Below, piece after piece: positions 12,704 through 26,567 of a stretch of DNA of 64,000 nt. Source of the DNA: Octopus sinensis (taxonomy: Eukaryota). The notes below the pieces were generated by a model. It was not told the DNA's origin and searched no databases. It saw only the letters and a list, made by a program, of their open reading frames with translations. The stretch spans positions 89,466,001 through 89,530,000 of the forward strand of contig NC_042999.1 in NCBI RefSeq assembly GCF_006345805.1, read 5' to 3'. The translations under genes and the position numbers were made by a program. Each line of letters starts with the position of its first letter. The stretch's first letter is position 1.

Positions 12704-15700
12704 ATGACACGCGTCGACCTTTTTGCTAACACTTGGCCAAAATCTTTTACTCTACATTGAGTATAGTTATGGGCTAAAAGTTACTACTATGATCCCCCTT
12801 GCTCGGGTCTTTTCTAATCAGCGTCACCACTCCGCAACTCACAGAGCTGGGAATCCTCCCATTCTGCTGCCAGTTTGTGTAGACGCAAGTCAGCAAGTGT
12901 CCGAACAAGTCCGGCATACTACGATAAAATTCTTAGGGTAGACCATCCAACCCCAGCGACTTGTCTCCGGCGCATTCAGCCAGCACCTCCTCGACCTCCG
13001 TAGTTGTAATCTGCCCTTCACAACATTCCACCTCCCGGGCCGAGAGTCGCGGCCCGCCGGCGAGTAAGTCCTTTAGGGACTCCCTACGGTCCCGCTCGTC
13101 CCAAACAACCGGGCGAAATGCTGGTGAAAAGCCTTTTGTATCTCCTCCTGTTCTTTGATCTACGCCCCTGCTCGTCAATCAAAGACTTTATAGAGGCTTC
13201 ACTGCCTCTCCGACTCTCCATACGACGTGCCCATCCGGCAATGTTAATACCTTCTCTACCTACCGCACGTAACTTAGCTCTGACTCTTCACCCTTCGTGT
13301 TTGGCTTTGAGATGACGAGATAACACCGCTCTCGCCGCTATCACTTTGGATGAAGAGCCAGATTCCATGGCTTCCTAATTCCTTAATTAGATTCCCTTCT
13401 ATTCTAGTCTTCTCTAAACTTAGCTGTTTACTAAATCTAAGAGAGTCAGAATGAATGGCTCGCTTGAGGGTGCACCACCATCTATTATTAATGATGGCAC
13501 CGCATAATGCCCTCTGCACTAATTCCTTATCCCGGGCACGTAAGACTTTACAAGTCAAAATAGATTTATTCATCATCCAGTACCCTGGTCCCCTCTATGA
13601 CACTTAACTAGGTGCACCTCACACGTCACAAATTTGTCATCCGTGTAAGGTACACAACAAAAGCGTGGACAACTAAATGTATTCCTATATTTCTGTCTAA
13701 CGAATATCCTATCTAAATAAGATCTGTATGAACCGTAGTTATTAGACTATGCTCACTGTGGAACCAGCGGTTCATTCAGTCTATATCTGTTTAATAGATT
13801 GTAGCTCCCTAGTAGCCTTTTAAGGCCAGGATTTCCCCTTCTGTCGGCCGAACCAACACTATCCACCCGTGCGTCGATAATAGTGCTAAAGTCTCCCACT
13901 AAAACTAGAGTTTTAAACGTCACCAGAAAGCTCTTCAGGTCTCGAAAAAAACCCAGCTTGTCTACACTCTTTAGGAGCGTAGACCGCTACGAACCCGAAG
14001 GACTGCTTACTTGCGTGTGTCACATCTAGGACAACCGGTCTACTTTCTGGGTCCAGAAAGACTGTACTTACCTGTACGTCCAAGTTTTTTCTGAACAATA
14101 CCACCACGCTCCCGCCTCTCCGCCGATTAGGAAAAATTAATTTCTCATAGCCATTTAGAAGAAGCGAGAACGCCAGTAGCCCGTTCAACTTGGACTCAGT
14201 CGCAACACATATATCAATTTCTAGTGACCTGAGATCGTCCAGGAGACAAGTTTGCTTCCATTTCGACCCCAGGCCACGAACATTTATAGAACCTAACTTA
14301 ATTTCCATGGTAAAAATAAGAAACTTACAATTTGAATATGGGGTGGGTCTGCACGAATTTGCCAGCCTCCCCTTCCTTTTCTTTTCTCTCTGAGGTGTAG
14401 CCTTTGTTGGCTATCTCTTGGTTAACATATTGTATGTCCTGCGGGTATCTCTCTTTAGATTGTTCGAATGGTTCTGCTCCTATCCTTGCCAACTGTACAT
14501 TTGGTGGCATACCGTGTAGTGGTTGAAAAATGTAGGGGTTTTTATGCAAAATTATTATTCTCTCTAGAAAACTATTTTTCTCATTGCACTTCACAATCCT
14601 TTCTCCTAATGCATTTTTAGGGGTGGAGTTGGTGGTAGGTTTCGACTTGGGGCGGATTAGGGAGTTTTTTTTCTGTGTGTTTGCGTTTTGTGTAGATATT
14701 TTCTTTGTCAGGAGAGGGAGTCTGGGGCATAGGCTTTGTTTCTTTTATGTGAAACCACTGTGGTAAATTCCATTTCCTCTTCGGCTTCCTTCTGCTGTGT
14801 GTTCTCTACGTTTTGCTTATTCCTTTCTTCCGATTTCCTTGTGACGCTTTCCGTCGCTTTCTCGTTACTTTCTTTTGGGGGAGGGACTTCAGCCTATTTC
14901 TGTTGTTGTTGTTTTTTATTTTTTCGCACTCCGAGCAGACGTGCCCTTTTTCTTCTCAGTTAAAGCATTTGGGTCTACGTCCCTCGACTGATACTCTCCC
15001 CTATAAAAATGCGGTCTGGCCTCGATTCGAGTATTTCATTTGAGGCTTGAACTACCATCTCAAGTATTTGGCCTTTCCAATTTAGAGCCTCTCCCTTTTT
15101 CATTTGGAGTATTGTTATTTCCTCTTCTACATCATAAATTATGGCCGCTGCCATCCATGTTATGTCGTAACCAGCTGCTATCTCCTTTATAGTTATTTTG
15201 CAGTTCTCTGGTCTAGGTAGGTCGGGAGCAACATTATCTCATAATTTTTTAACGTTTGGGTCGATATTTCTTTTGCTATTTCAGCGTTCTCGAATTGCGC
15301 CTCAACAGTGGCGCATCTTGCTCCTCCACCGACATGGGCAATTTTTCCCCATATGCGGGCGAGGCACTTTTCTACTACCTTGTTCTTCACAGAATTCTTT
15401 TTTTCTTCCGGTTCTATATTTTATATACTACCGTTCTGGCAGTTCTGTAACATATACTGTGGTGGCAACAGTTTTGTTTCTTTGTCACTTTTTTTAATGA
15501 GATTTCGAAACTTAAATAATTGTTCCTTTGACACCCCCAATTCACAAAAATTACCCCCAACGGCAGCAGAGAAACTGGGTTTTTCCTTTCCTTCCTGATT
15601 AGAAACTTGGTTACTTTCTTTCATTGCCGGAAATCTTCCGTGGAGAACAGAAAGTCGACATTCGACAACAAATTCAATCCCATTTTTACAAATGACCTCC

Positions 15701-15800
15701 GAATAACAGAAAAATCATAAATATTTTTGTCAAAAATTACAAAAATTAATTTTTTACCCTGCAACGAGTAAGAAAAATCACAACAAATAGTCCAACAAGT
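12704..15800 (-). mobile_element. Tx1/L1-clade LINE: ORF1 (about 15624-14325), APE endonuclease and start of RT; 3'-truncated
   Basis: ORF2 starts MEIKLGSINVRGL at 14308, with VYAP, GDF, SYLDRIF, GYWMMN, KSLGLDGLP and KILAK motifs. ORF1 has a CCHC knuckle (KCFN*EEKGHVCSEC, about 14925-14967). Confidence 0.92.
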
Positions 15801-15805
15801 TACAT

Positions 15806-15840
<35 letters not shown>

Positions 15841-15865
15841 TACATACATACATACATACATACAT

Positions 15866-15900
<35 letters not shown>

Positions 15901-15910
15901 TACATATATA

Positions 15911-15960
<50 letters not shown>
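15801..15960. repeat. Compound (CATA)/(CA)/(TA) microsatellite
   Basis: Direct reading. Confidence 0.98.
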
Positions 15961-15963
<3 letters not shown>

Positions 15964-16424
15964 GAGGCCACTCCAAGTCATCAGCGTCACTCGGGCTCAT
16001 CACAAATTTCATCACTCCAGCTCATCACAGATTTCGTGTCAGACGTACCTACAATTTCTTCTTCAACTTGTGTGTTTACATAAAATGATATTCGCTACAC
16101 AAGCTGTATTACAGGTTTTATATCACAATTGATTGGTAATTTTAGGAAGTCTTTTAACTGTGAAAAAATACTTCAGACAACTGATTAGTAATCGAATCAT
16201 ATTTCACTGTTGACAGAATATTAGCATAGTTTATTTTAAGCCATGAACAAACTGTCTCACATTTCAATACCTGCCAGATTTAGATTTGGTAACAAATATC
16301 CCGCGAATACGGCGAAATGAACCAATTTTAAAACGTATAGCAGACTTTATCCTTTGCTAGTCGCATCGGGTAACAAAGGATATGAAATTTGTATTTACAT
16401 CCATGGCAGGACATATGTTATATA

Positions 16425-17576
16425 TCTACTACATATATGGAAAACCGGTGTGGGTTTCTTTGTGGCGTTGTTATCTAACTCCTCCTACATCGTTTCATTG
16501 ACTTTGGTGAAACTTGACACATGAGTAAAACTCATGTCTGGAAACCTCGTAACATACTTAGATTGTTGAAAAAGTCGATAATACGGCTCCTGGAAGGGAC
16601 CTTTATATCTACCTCATATGACTATTTTTATAAACACCCAAGGGAAATGACCTTTACCACCTGTACAATATTTTTTAAACACTCAAGGGAAATAACCCAT
16701 TTCAATGTTTATCGATTACTTTGAATATTGATTTTTTGTGTGTCTAATTTCTAATTTTTGCAGACAATATCACTTTTTTACTTTATTTAACACGTGAGTA
16801 GAATTCATGTCTGGAAACCTCGTGACATACTTAGATTATTGAAAAAATCGATAATAGGGCCCATCCAATGGATCCACGTATCTACTACATATTATTAATA
16901 TTTTATTTGAACAACCTAAGGGAAATAACCCATACCACCTGCAGTTTCTAGAGAAGCGATCGATATTTGATTCTCACGATCGGCCGACCTAATTCTGTAT
17001 TTCACTACTCACGGTTTTGAACTGCTAAACATTATTATTGCTTAATTTGAATCTCTTCATTCATACATTTCTATACAAACATACTTTTTGGAATGCCCAT
17101 TATTCCGTTAATTCTGCATTTTTACAGTTACACTTTCTCCGTGACAGTTAATAATTATTTTTCCTCTATTTGTAGAGGTTTCATGCAAGCATAGCGTGGA
17201 TTCGATCCTCCATTGCCAAATTTCACTTAACACTTCCACAGCGCATTTATCACGGAAAACAATAGTTTTTCTGTGAACGACAACCTCTCTCGCAAACCTC
17301 CGAAAACCTCTCTCGACAACCTCCGACAACCTCTCTAGACAACCTCCGACAACCTCTCTAAACAACCTCCGACGACCTCTCTCACCAACCTCCGAAAACC
17401 TCTCTCGCCAATCTCCAACAATCTCTCCCTTCCCCAGCTGAGAGTCTTTATACTTTTTCGTGATGGAAAATACACCTTTTATGGCAGTTATAACGAAATT
17501 GCTTTCTTATATCAGAGTAATAAGGCGTTTCAGTAGAACATCTTTACCTCCGGGAATTAGCGGGTACACCAGCTAG
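16425..17576 (+). mobile_element. Non-autonomous Helitron-like element
   Basis: A|TC start and CTAG|T end with a GC-rich subterminal segment (ccgggaattagcgggtacacc). Core tctaactcctcc...ttggtgaaacttgacaca resembles DINE/Lep1-type elements. Internal direct repeat of about 150 bp (16515 and 16792). Confidence 0.55.
17171..17540. mobile_element. Possible solo LTR with internal tandem repeat of about 22 bp
   Basis: Starts TGT. The aacctctctcgacaacctccgac repeats (17281-17425) resemble the repeat style inside the Gypsy LTRs at 51.7/53.8 kb. No TSD found. Confidence 0.35.

Positions 17577-17666
<90 letters not shown>
17577..17666. repeat. (TA)n(GA)n microsatellite
   Basis: Direct reading. Confidence 0.98.
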
Positions 17667-17668
<2 letters not shown>

Positions 17669-18929
17669 CAGGTGAATATGGTACTTAAGTTGAGGCACCA
17701 GAATTCCATACAATTTCAAAATATGGTGATTAAAAATCAAAATAAGCAACAAGGATATCCAGAGGTAATGCAGTACGATCGTTTCAAGCAACTCCATTTA
17801 ATTGAACAATGCAATCATTTCATCAATTTAAATGCAGATCAATCTTCAGCTGCATAAAGACATAGAATTTAATTAAATTAAAACAGATGGACACATTAGT
17901 ATAATTTTGCCTAAAATCTCCAAGAAGATAAGGAGATAGACAAAAAAAACATGCTGCCTTCACTTCAGTTTAGAAGCTACTAAGGTATCAGGAAGAAAGG
18001 CCTATCAGTTGTTCGAGATTGCCTGATTAAATAAACATTAACTTCATCGTAAGATCGTCTTTCTCCCATGCGTATTGCGTATTGCTTAATTATACTACGT
18101 GTGATAACAGCAATAATTTTTTAAAGAATTTCGTTTTCATTGTGTAACTCGTCTTCTTGATAGATTTATCTACTGTTGTGCTAGTCAGCAATCACACGTA
18201 ACAAAATTACATTTCTTTTTTAATCGAATAGTATTTATATCTATATAAGGATATCTTATTTTTGAGTGAAATTGGCGGAAACATGATCTTCTCATATATT
18301 GTACTTCTCAATGGACTGAAATAGCAAGTCAGCGAGTCCTTTACACTCGCATAAATCAATTTATCATTCAGTACATGTTAAATTTCACGAAAGCCTCCGC
18401 CTTTAATATGTTGTAGAATCACCTTATCGGCTATCATCTACCAAAGCAGTCTTAAAATACATTTCTAGTGTATTGAAAAATTCTCTCAAGGATGTACCAT
18501 TATATCTGGCAAAGTTGTGATGCAGAGGGCTGGGGGTCGCAGGATATCGTTCATGGCCGTCATAATAAATCCGGCAAGGTAAATCTCACAGTTAAGTTAC
18601 TTGCATCGAAAAAAACAACTATTTTGAAATGTATTGACAACGTGACCATCAGTTTAATATAGTACGTATAGAAAATCTTATAAAGCATGCAACGCTTTCA
18701 GCATCAAAGTTGAAGCCATCTTATTTTTCTGCACTGACTACATTATATATAGTTTTATGTCGTGGATTTTGTTGTCCTTCATCACACCCCATTACATTAG
18801 AGAACATCTTGTAACACCTACATTTTCATACAGTCTACTTAAAAATTGCAGTTGATTCCCTCCTTTATTGTCTATCCTAACAAAATTAGGTAAGTTTTAT
18901 CTTCACCAGACAAAGAGTCAAACCTACCT

Positions 18930-19260
18930 CATTCTAATATCTCAAGGAGCTCTAATCTCCATCCAGTGGACAGCAACTACCTTCTTTGTAATTAGTGAGT
19001 CCTTCCAAACTCACAGATTGTCAGGATTATGAACTAAAGTGACAGATTTGACTAAATTTCTCTTAGCTGTCAAAATTAGCATTGTCTTTGATTTTAAGGC
19101 GTTTATTAAAACTAGTCACTTATTATCTAATCATCCAGCCTCCTCTATCTTAATACCAGCATATGGCATTCTAGTTCTCTAAGATCAGCTTCCTTGTTTT
19201 GCTAATATTCTAAAAACTATTGTATTACTTGCTAATTCTCAGAACCTTGATTTCTGGTTC
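18930..19260 (+). mobile_element. Possible very old CR1-type endonuclease fragment
   Basis: Weak similarity to the SNIRGLRSNL start of CR1 ORF2; heavily decayed. Confidence 0.3.
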
Positions 19261-21372
19261 CCTTTCACGTCTGCAACGATTCTCACGGAAGATCCTCCGT
19301 AAATTGTATAGGTATACTTTCAAATGTTATTAATGTCTTCTACTATATATATAAAAAAAAAACATGGATAAATCATGCATTTTCATACTCAGCCAGCAAG
19401 TAGTTCGAATGTTTTACGTTATTAGGGTATAGATTCATACGTCTTTAATTTCTGGTTAAAACATAATGACAAATATGTCTTGGTGACGTCGACAATTAAT
19501 TCAAAAGTCTAGCTTCCAAAGCACAGTAACGCAATCCATTCGGTTTCATCGGCGACTAATTAGAATGAAATCAAATTAACTTAATAATCCTGTGGATGTC
19601 GAACATGCTTCTCCTATCAGTAGGTTTCACTTATGCCAATATACAAATGGTGTAGTTTGTTAAGAATTATTTGGTGGACATAGGACCAGTTCTTTATATC
19701 CCAGGAAGCTTTGATTGAGCCAACCTAATACCAAATATGTTCCAGATATAACGATCTTTTTTATTTTCCTTCAAGAATAGAGTATCTAAGACAACACTAT
19801 GCCACTTATATTTCATTTAAGTCCTATAACAATCCATATGACATTATAAATAACGATTCAAATCTTTTCTGACCATTAGCACTATAGAACATTGACTAGC
19901 AAAGCAACTAATTGTTAGTTATCTAATCTCCATCCCTTTATTGTAAATATGTATCATGTTAAAGTGTACTTCTATATGTAAAGAAGACTACTTGATTTTA
20001 ATTGGCTGGACAAAAAATATCATGGTGTCCCAAACAATCAATGGGCATAAAGTTGAAAGAGTGCCTGGCCATCATCTATATCCTACTTTTGTGACATTGT
20101 GTTGTATGTAAGGTCAAAGTAATCATCCCTTAAAGTTAACGACCCACTGCAGTAAGTACTGGCATGTTTTTGGGGTTTTTTTTTTGTTTTCTTTTCGTTT
20201 TGTTTTTCTGTCATACTGACCAAATTACGGAAACTAAAAGCCAAGACTGTTCTAGCTGGTACAGCAAAGTTCAATTTTCGTCCTCTGGGTTAAGAAAAGT
20301 ATCTGTAGCAATATGGTTTCTTGTTAAGGTAGATGTCAATATCTAATCTACTAAAGGTTTGAAACCGGAAATAAAATCAAATGGAACGCAGAGGCCTATA
20401 AAAGAATACTCATTTCTTTTTCTTTTTAATCAATGATCAGTGTTTATGCAGTATTATTTCATTTCTTCACTTTTTGCACACTTATCAAGTTATTACTTAA
20501 TAGCCACGCATTAAATAGTAAAATGCGAACAACAGCAAGAAATCATTAAGCAGAAAACCGCTAATTTATTTATCAAAATTTTTAATTTATCTCACTTGGC
20601 TTCAGAAACTAAGAAGCTGTTGTAGAAAAAAATGTCTATTTGTCCTACTTATGAACGAAATGATATGTAAAAGCATGTTAATGGGTCAATTAAGTCCTGT
20701 TACGTTTAATCTCAGCTACGGCAATCGTGCTCAGAATATAATAAGCAATCTCTCACATCATGGGTTTCACAACTATAATCAATTCAAATAAACGTGCGAG
20801 TTTCTATGCGCTCATTTGACCTTCTGAGAATATGTCTTTCCAGCTATCTTTCTATCTATCAGTCAATATATCATTTACATTTTAGTGTTAGTATATTTCA
20901 TAAAGTAACCATTAGATAGCTACCTGATCAAAAATATGTTTGCGATGGGGAAAAAAGCACTATTAGATCAATGACTATTAACTTATTAATTATTTCGGCA
21001 CATACAGGTAAAAGTTCTTGGCACGTTTCGATCTTACAAGATATGCACGGTAAAGTACAGGCCTTACCATTCTCGTCGAAAGAGTGATAATGCTAGTATT
21101 AAATCAAGTATAGCTTTGCCATGCGAATGATACTTTTGGATGAGTCATATCAATGTTGTTTGACTGTGTTATTAAATTAATCTCTAAATCTAATTTAGGC
21201 TACTACAGCGTAGTCTGTGTTCTGCTGAAAATCTCTACAAAGTCATCACCATGTCCAGTATTATTAGCACTACTTATAGAAATTATATAACTCATATTAG
21301 CCACTGAGTTGATGAAATTGTCACCACTTATAAACTGATAGGATTGGTTTTATAGAATATTATGAGCTAATA

Positions 21373-21512
21373 TTGGTTTCAATATTCGACTCCTAAAGGG
21401 ATGAAAAGCAAAGTCGACCTAAACGGAATTTGAACTCAGAACGTCAAGACAGCCGAAATGCTGATCAGCATTTTGCCCAGTTTGCTAATAATTTTGCCAG
21501 CTCGCCGCCTTA
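21373..21512 (-). mobile_element. SINE family A
   Basis: Same consensus; head-to-head with the next copy. Confidence 0.85.
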
Positions 21513-21540
21513 TATTGCGTTAATATCAGAAATCAAAATA

Positions 21541-21751
21541 CTGCGAACTGGCAGAATCGTTAGCACGCTGAGCAAAATTCTGAGTAGCGTTTCGTCCGTC
21601 TTTACGTCCTGAGTTCAAATTCTGCTGAGGTCGACTTTGCCTTTCATCCTTCCGGAGTCGGTAAAATAAGTACCAGTTGAACAATGGGGTCTATGAAATT
21701 GACTTACCCAACCTTCCGAAATTGCTAACCTTATTCCAAAATATGAAACCA
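21541..21751 (+). mobile_element. SINE family A
   Basis: Same consensus. Confidence 0.85.
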
Positions 21752-22121
21752 ATATTAGAAATCAATATATATTTCTCGAGTACAGATTGAGAATCAAAAG
21801 TACACAAACCTTGCATTCTACCTTTCTCCTCCCCTCCTCTCTATCGCCCGCTCATTCACTCTCTCTCTCTCTCACACATATACATTAAGCAAGCACTCTT
21901 TTACTGATTCCCTCATCTACTCACATTTACAACGAGTAACAGATTGTTGATCTCTCCTATACTGTTTCTATTGTCAAATAATTCAGTTACATGGGCACTG
22001 TTTTTGACCAGTTCCCTCGTCAACCCTGATTAATGTAACTTATTATTAAAAATGCTCTCGTTCTAATTATTTCTTCTTTCTAGGTCATATTGGTCTAATG
22101 TTTCTTTTCCTTGTAATATAA

Positions 22122-22195
22122 GGCGGTAGGGTGTGATTTGAGGGAGGTTTGACTGATATTTCTAGCATGTCGAGCGACTACGTAGAGACTTCCAC
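22122..22195 (+). mobile_element. Short interspersed repeat, unclassified (tagggtgtgatttgagggag...ctatttcta)
   Basis: Related copies at about 362-425, 4478-4540, 24545-24610 (minus) and 39283-39330 (minus). Confidence 0.55.
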
Positions 22196-22238
22196 ACTGG
22201 CTGCAAAACACAAAGTTGAATGTTCTGATAAGTAAATA

Positions 22239-22670
22239 GGCGCAGGAGTGGCTGTGTGGTAAGTAGCTTGCTAACCAACCACATGGTTCCAGGTTCAGTC
22301 CCACTGCGTGTCACCTTGGGCAAGTGTCTTCTGATATAGCCCCGGGCCGACCAATGCCTTGTGAGTGGATTTGGTAGGCGGAAACCGAAAGAAGCTTGTC
22401 GTGTATATGTATATATATATATATGTATGTATGTGTGTGTGTTTGTGTGTCTGTGTTTGTCCCCCTAGCATTGCTTGACAACCGATGCTGGTGTGTTTAT
22501 GTCCCCGTTACTTAGCGGTTCGGCAAAAGAGACCGATAGAATAAGTACTGGCCTTACAAAAAGAATAAGTCCCGGGATCGAGTTGGTCGATTAAAGGTGG
22601 TGCTCCAGCATGACCGCAGTCAAATGACTGAAACAAGTAAAAGAGTAAAAGAGTAAAAGAGTAAAGAGAG
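22239..22670 (+). mobile_element. Bipartite tRNA/CORE-like SINE family B, full length
   Basis: tRNA-like head, ACCTTGGGCAAGT (MIR-core-like), internal (TA)/(TG) spacer, 3' module and (gagtaaaa)n tail. Confidence 0.92.
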
Positions 22671-25214
22671 TAAGGATTTAAGGATTTACAGTTACCGTAT
22701 TGTGTAAATGCAAGTTTGACAAGACCACGCGGTGTGTGGATATACATACGCCCGCTCATATGTATACGTATGCACATATATGTGTGTTAAGTGTATAGGT
22801 TAAGTATAAGTTTGTGTGAGTATTCTTTTAATCAATTCATGTCATCGAATATGTGTGCACATATCGGTGCAGATGTAGTCATTCACGTGCCTCGTTATGT
22901 ATCAGTCAGACAGTATGTCCCCTTAATAATAGTTAGTTTTCGCGCTAATCATAGTGTTCGTAATGTTTAACGGGTGTTTTCCCCGCCCCACCACCACCAC
23001 TATCATTTCTCACTACCTTTCTATTGCCTAATCTCTTCCGACTCGTCTCTCCCTCTTCCTCTCTTTCTCCCCTCCTCTCTCCCTCTCTCCTTCATGTCAG
23101 TGTAACCATAAGGTACCCACTACAGATGGTTGTGTGCATTTGCATGTTTGTATGAGTAAAAACCTGCGGTTCATATAAACATTGCGTTTTTAAACAGACT
23201 ACCAGCGCTGCAGAATAGATAAAATTCCTGTATAGTCGAATCTCTTCATATATGTCCGATTTTCTTTTTGACCACAACGAATGCATTTTGTCGAAAAGGT
23301 AGAGTGGAAAGTAAATGCTTACTAACAAATTTTTGTTATGAGTGCAAAGCTTACTGGCCTCAGCTTTGGCTGTCGTTCCTAGAAGATTGACAAAATAGGA
23401 AATATACCGAGTTCTAACAAATCTTCCTAATAAAATTGGTCTTTTACCAGGTCAAAATTATCTAGGTAGTTTGACCGACATGGTAAAGTTTAAGCTGTCA
23501 GCTAATTGGACGCAGCTTCAGACAAAGTCTGTTGATCTATGAAAATATAAACGCCACTTCAGACAGCTACTGGAAATACCTACCAGCTTGAAACTTTATG
23601 TAGTAAACGGACATCTTTTACAGAAAATGACTTGTCCCTCTTCAACACGATGGGTCCATGTCGTTCGTGGGAAATTAGAGATTAGAAAGGCAGATTTGAT
23701 TCTTTAATTCCTTACAACGCTTCTGAAATCGAATCATACTGAGATAGATTTTCGTAACAATTGTTACATAATTTGATCATGACTTTTCTGACATTGGATC
23801 AATGCCACACATATATAAGGTAAGGACGTAATCGATGTAATTGACTCCTTTAGGATATGTTTGCTATCTATTTTATTGATCTCTGAAGAATGTAAAATAA
23901 ATTCCATACCGGAAAACTATAAACTAAGGATTCTATCACACCATATTTGTGCAAGTCTCAAAAGACCAGTTCGTAGTTCAAGACTCCGGTGCATCAAACA
24001 ACTGGTAATGAAAGCTCTCTTTGAATAGGTCATGAAGTCTATTGCAGGTACCATTTCCAAAAGATCAGAACTCAGATTATTGTCACTAGCTGATATAAAT
24101 TCGTAACTAAGCTGTTGAATTATGAACTTGACTATTTTTGCTTCTTTCTGTTATTTGATAGAAGAGGTAACCATTAGATAACTGCTTCGCTTAATGACTG
24201 GGATGAAAATAGTTCCATTGAAGAATATCTCTTTATGTAATGAGTTTAAAGTAAATTGGCCCGACAGAGTTCGACCCTCCATAAAGTCAGAAGGAATGAA
24301 GCTCGACGCAGAAAGAAATTTTTCGTCTGATTATAAATGAAGTTTGACTTCTGGGTTGGTAAATCTTAGAGAAGGATGAATTCCTCTTACTGATTTACTC
24401 TTGATAAATATTCCACTTGAAAGAGTCTTTGGTGGAGCCCTAACCTGCAATAAGTTATGAGATAATAAATCTCATCAATACTGTTCATTGGCTTGCAGTT
24501 GTAATCGCGAACGCACGCGCACATATTCTTCACACAGTATACTACAAGCTGACGAAGGAGCTTCTACATGGCAGCTCGAGCTTTTAGAAATAGCTGCTAA
24601 ATATCCGACAATATTTAAAAAGGAAAGTACACATGTGATAGAGTACTTCTACACAGTGAAGTACATTTGAACATAAATTTGGTCGATCTAGTTTGACCTG
24701 AGGATAAACAACAACAATCTACTTGTAGATAAAAAGAAATTGCGCAACAAGTAGACAAACCTTCAGTTATCTCTTTCGTCACTTTTACAATTATTTGTGG
24801 CCATTTGAAGTTCATCTCTCTATATCGAAACCACCAAAACTTTTAGCATGCCCTACTTGTATATCAAGAATCCAGGCTGGTAATCTTCCCTTTCCAAAGT
24901 AGTAAATATAAATACTACACTAAACACGACAAATTTGAATTTAGTGCCAGTGAAGGCGCGTGACCTAATGATTAGGGTGTTGCACACACAATCGCAAGAT
25001 CGTGTTTTCCTTTCCCACATCGGGTGGCGCGTTGTGCTTTTGAGCGAAGCACCTTGTAGTGGATCTTGCATGCATGAAGTGGATTCAATCCACCATAGCC
25101 AAATATAAAATTAACAGTTCAACAGAATTTTTCTCACGGTGGAACAATGTTTTTTTCTGTGACAGCAGTTTTACATTTGCTGGATTGCCTGAGCTAGACC
25201 GAAATAATGTCTTC

Positions 25215-25282
25215 ACCGCTTGACCCTTCTACTACTTGACCCTTCTACCACTTGACTTCTTCACCACTTGACTTCTACTTTA
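25215..25282. repeat. Degenerate tandem repeat of about 17 bp (cacttgacccttctac)
   Basis: Four imperfect units. Confidence 0.8.
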
Positions 25283-26485
25283 CCAAAAACTACAACAGAG
25301 ATATCACAGTACCGCCAACGAAGCCCATTGTTCTCAACGATATGTCTATCTATCTGGATAGTTATAAAATCAAGAACCCGCAAGCAAAAGACAGTTAGTC
25401 ACTTCGGTGAGAACGAAGTCTGGCTGACCAGCTAGAACCTTGGTCAGAGGGAGAAATGAAGTTTATTGTTCGCAACTGTGAGACAACGTCCCACAACCCT
25501 ACAACTCTCACCAGCTCTAATTCTGTTCTCTTACATCATTCTACCTCTCTCTGTAATCACTACTAAACAGTGAAGAGAACACAAACACAAACTTTACTTC
25601 GCATGCTTTTGGATTTATCATAACCTGCTCGTCGAGGCAAGGTATTGTAACGTAACGGTAAATAAATATTTCCTTAAAACTTCATGCATTGTTCATCTTT
25701 CACATCCTACAACATGCCGTTATAACAACAAATTTTTATCGTTACAACTGCTGACTCCGATATTGCATATTATTGTGTACCTAATCAATCTTACCCATTA
25801 CAATTGGTAACTACACTAATTAAAACCTAACAGTTACAACCTCATGTCACGTTACTCCAGTCCTGTAACGAACTGGTATCCCGTTAAGGGGAAATACTGT
25901 GCTCTCCACCAATTATACGCCATGGAAATCAGTTAATCAGCCCTACAAGTCCTAGAACTCGAGGAAGTACTTGAATTAAAAATTTATTAGGAAAGGAAAG
26001 TAAAGATGACTGATATACTACACGCAGTTTCAAATCCTGTCAGTTCCACTAGGGCTTTCATCTCTCTCTGAGGTCGATAAAGTGAGTCCCAGACGTTCTG
26101 ATTCCACTTGGAGTATACACCCAAAATAGTATCCAAGCTCACTACTAGGAACTAACATAATTCTCATCAGTATTATAGTGCACATTACTACTGCATAAAC
26201 AACTGCTTCGTGAAGAGACTTATCGATATAGAAATCCGGAGCCAGGGTCTGACATCTTCATTTTTCGATTTGGAGTTCAATACCTTGTTGGACCAGCTAT
26301 GGTCCTTATTATGTCAGTGATCATTGCAAAGTAAGATATAAACTCCCTGCTGGGCGAAACCGCGACTTTATTTCGATTTTCGATCTAACGCTATTTTATT
26401 TCTATGCCGTTAATAATACTATTTGGAAAGGCTAGACATATCATTTCCCCCCTTCCCTCAAAATATAGTTCCTTTGTGCTTATTG

Positions 26486-26486
<1 letters not shown>

Positions 26487-26566
<80 letters not shown>
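26487..26566. repeat. (TA)n microsatellite
   Basis: Direct reading. Confidence 0.98.

Positions 26567-26567
<1 letters not shown>

Noticed and set aside
17281-17425. CRISPR-like array
   Set aside because: Eukaryotic DNA, degenerate tandem units without unique spacers, and no cas genes.
21028-21062. Decayed hammerhead-like remnants (also at about 6680-6712, 26195-26240 and 27137-27165)
   Set aside because: GAAA and a hairpin are present, but the CUGANGA core or stem I is lost. Not supportable without a consensus.
24548-24600. CTGACGA...AGCTC hairpin resembling a hammerhead
   Set aside because: No GAAA and no stem III. The segment is a reverse copy of the unclassified tagggtgtgatttg repeat family.
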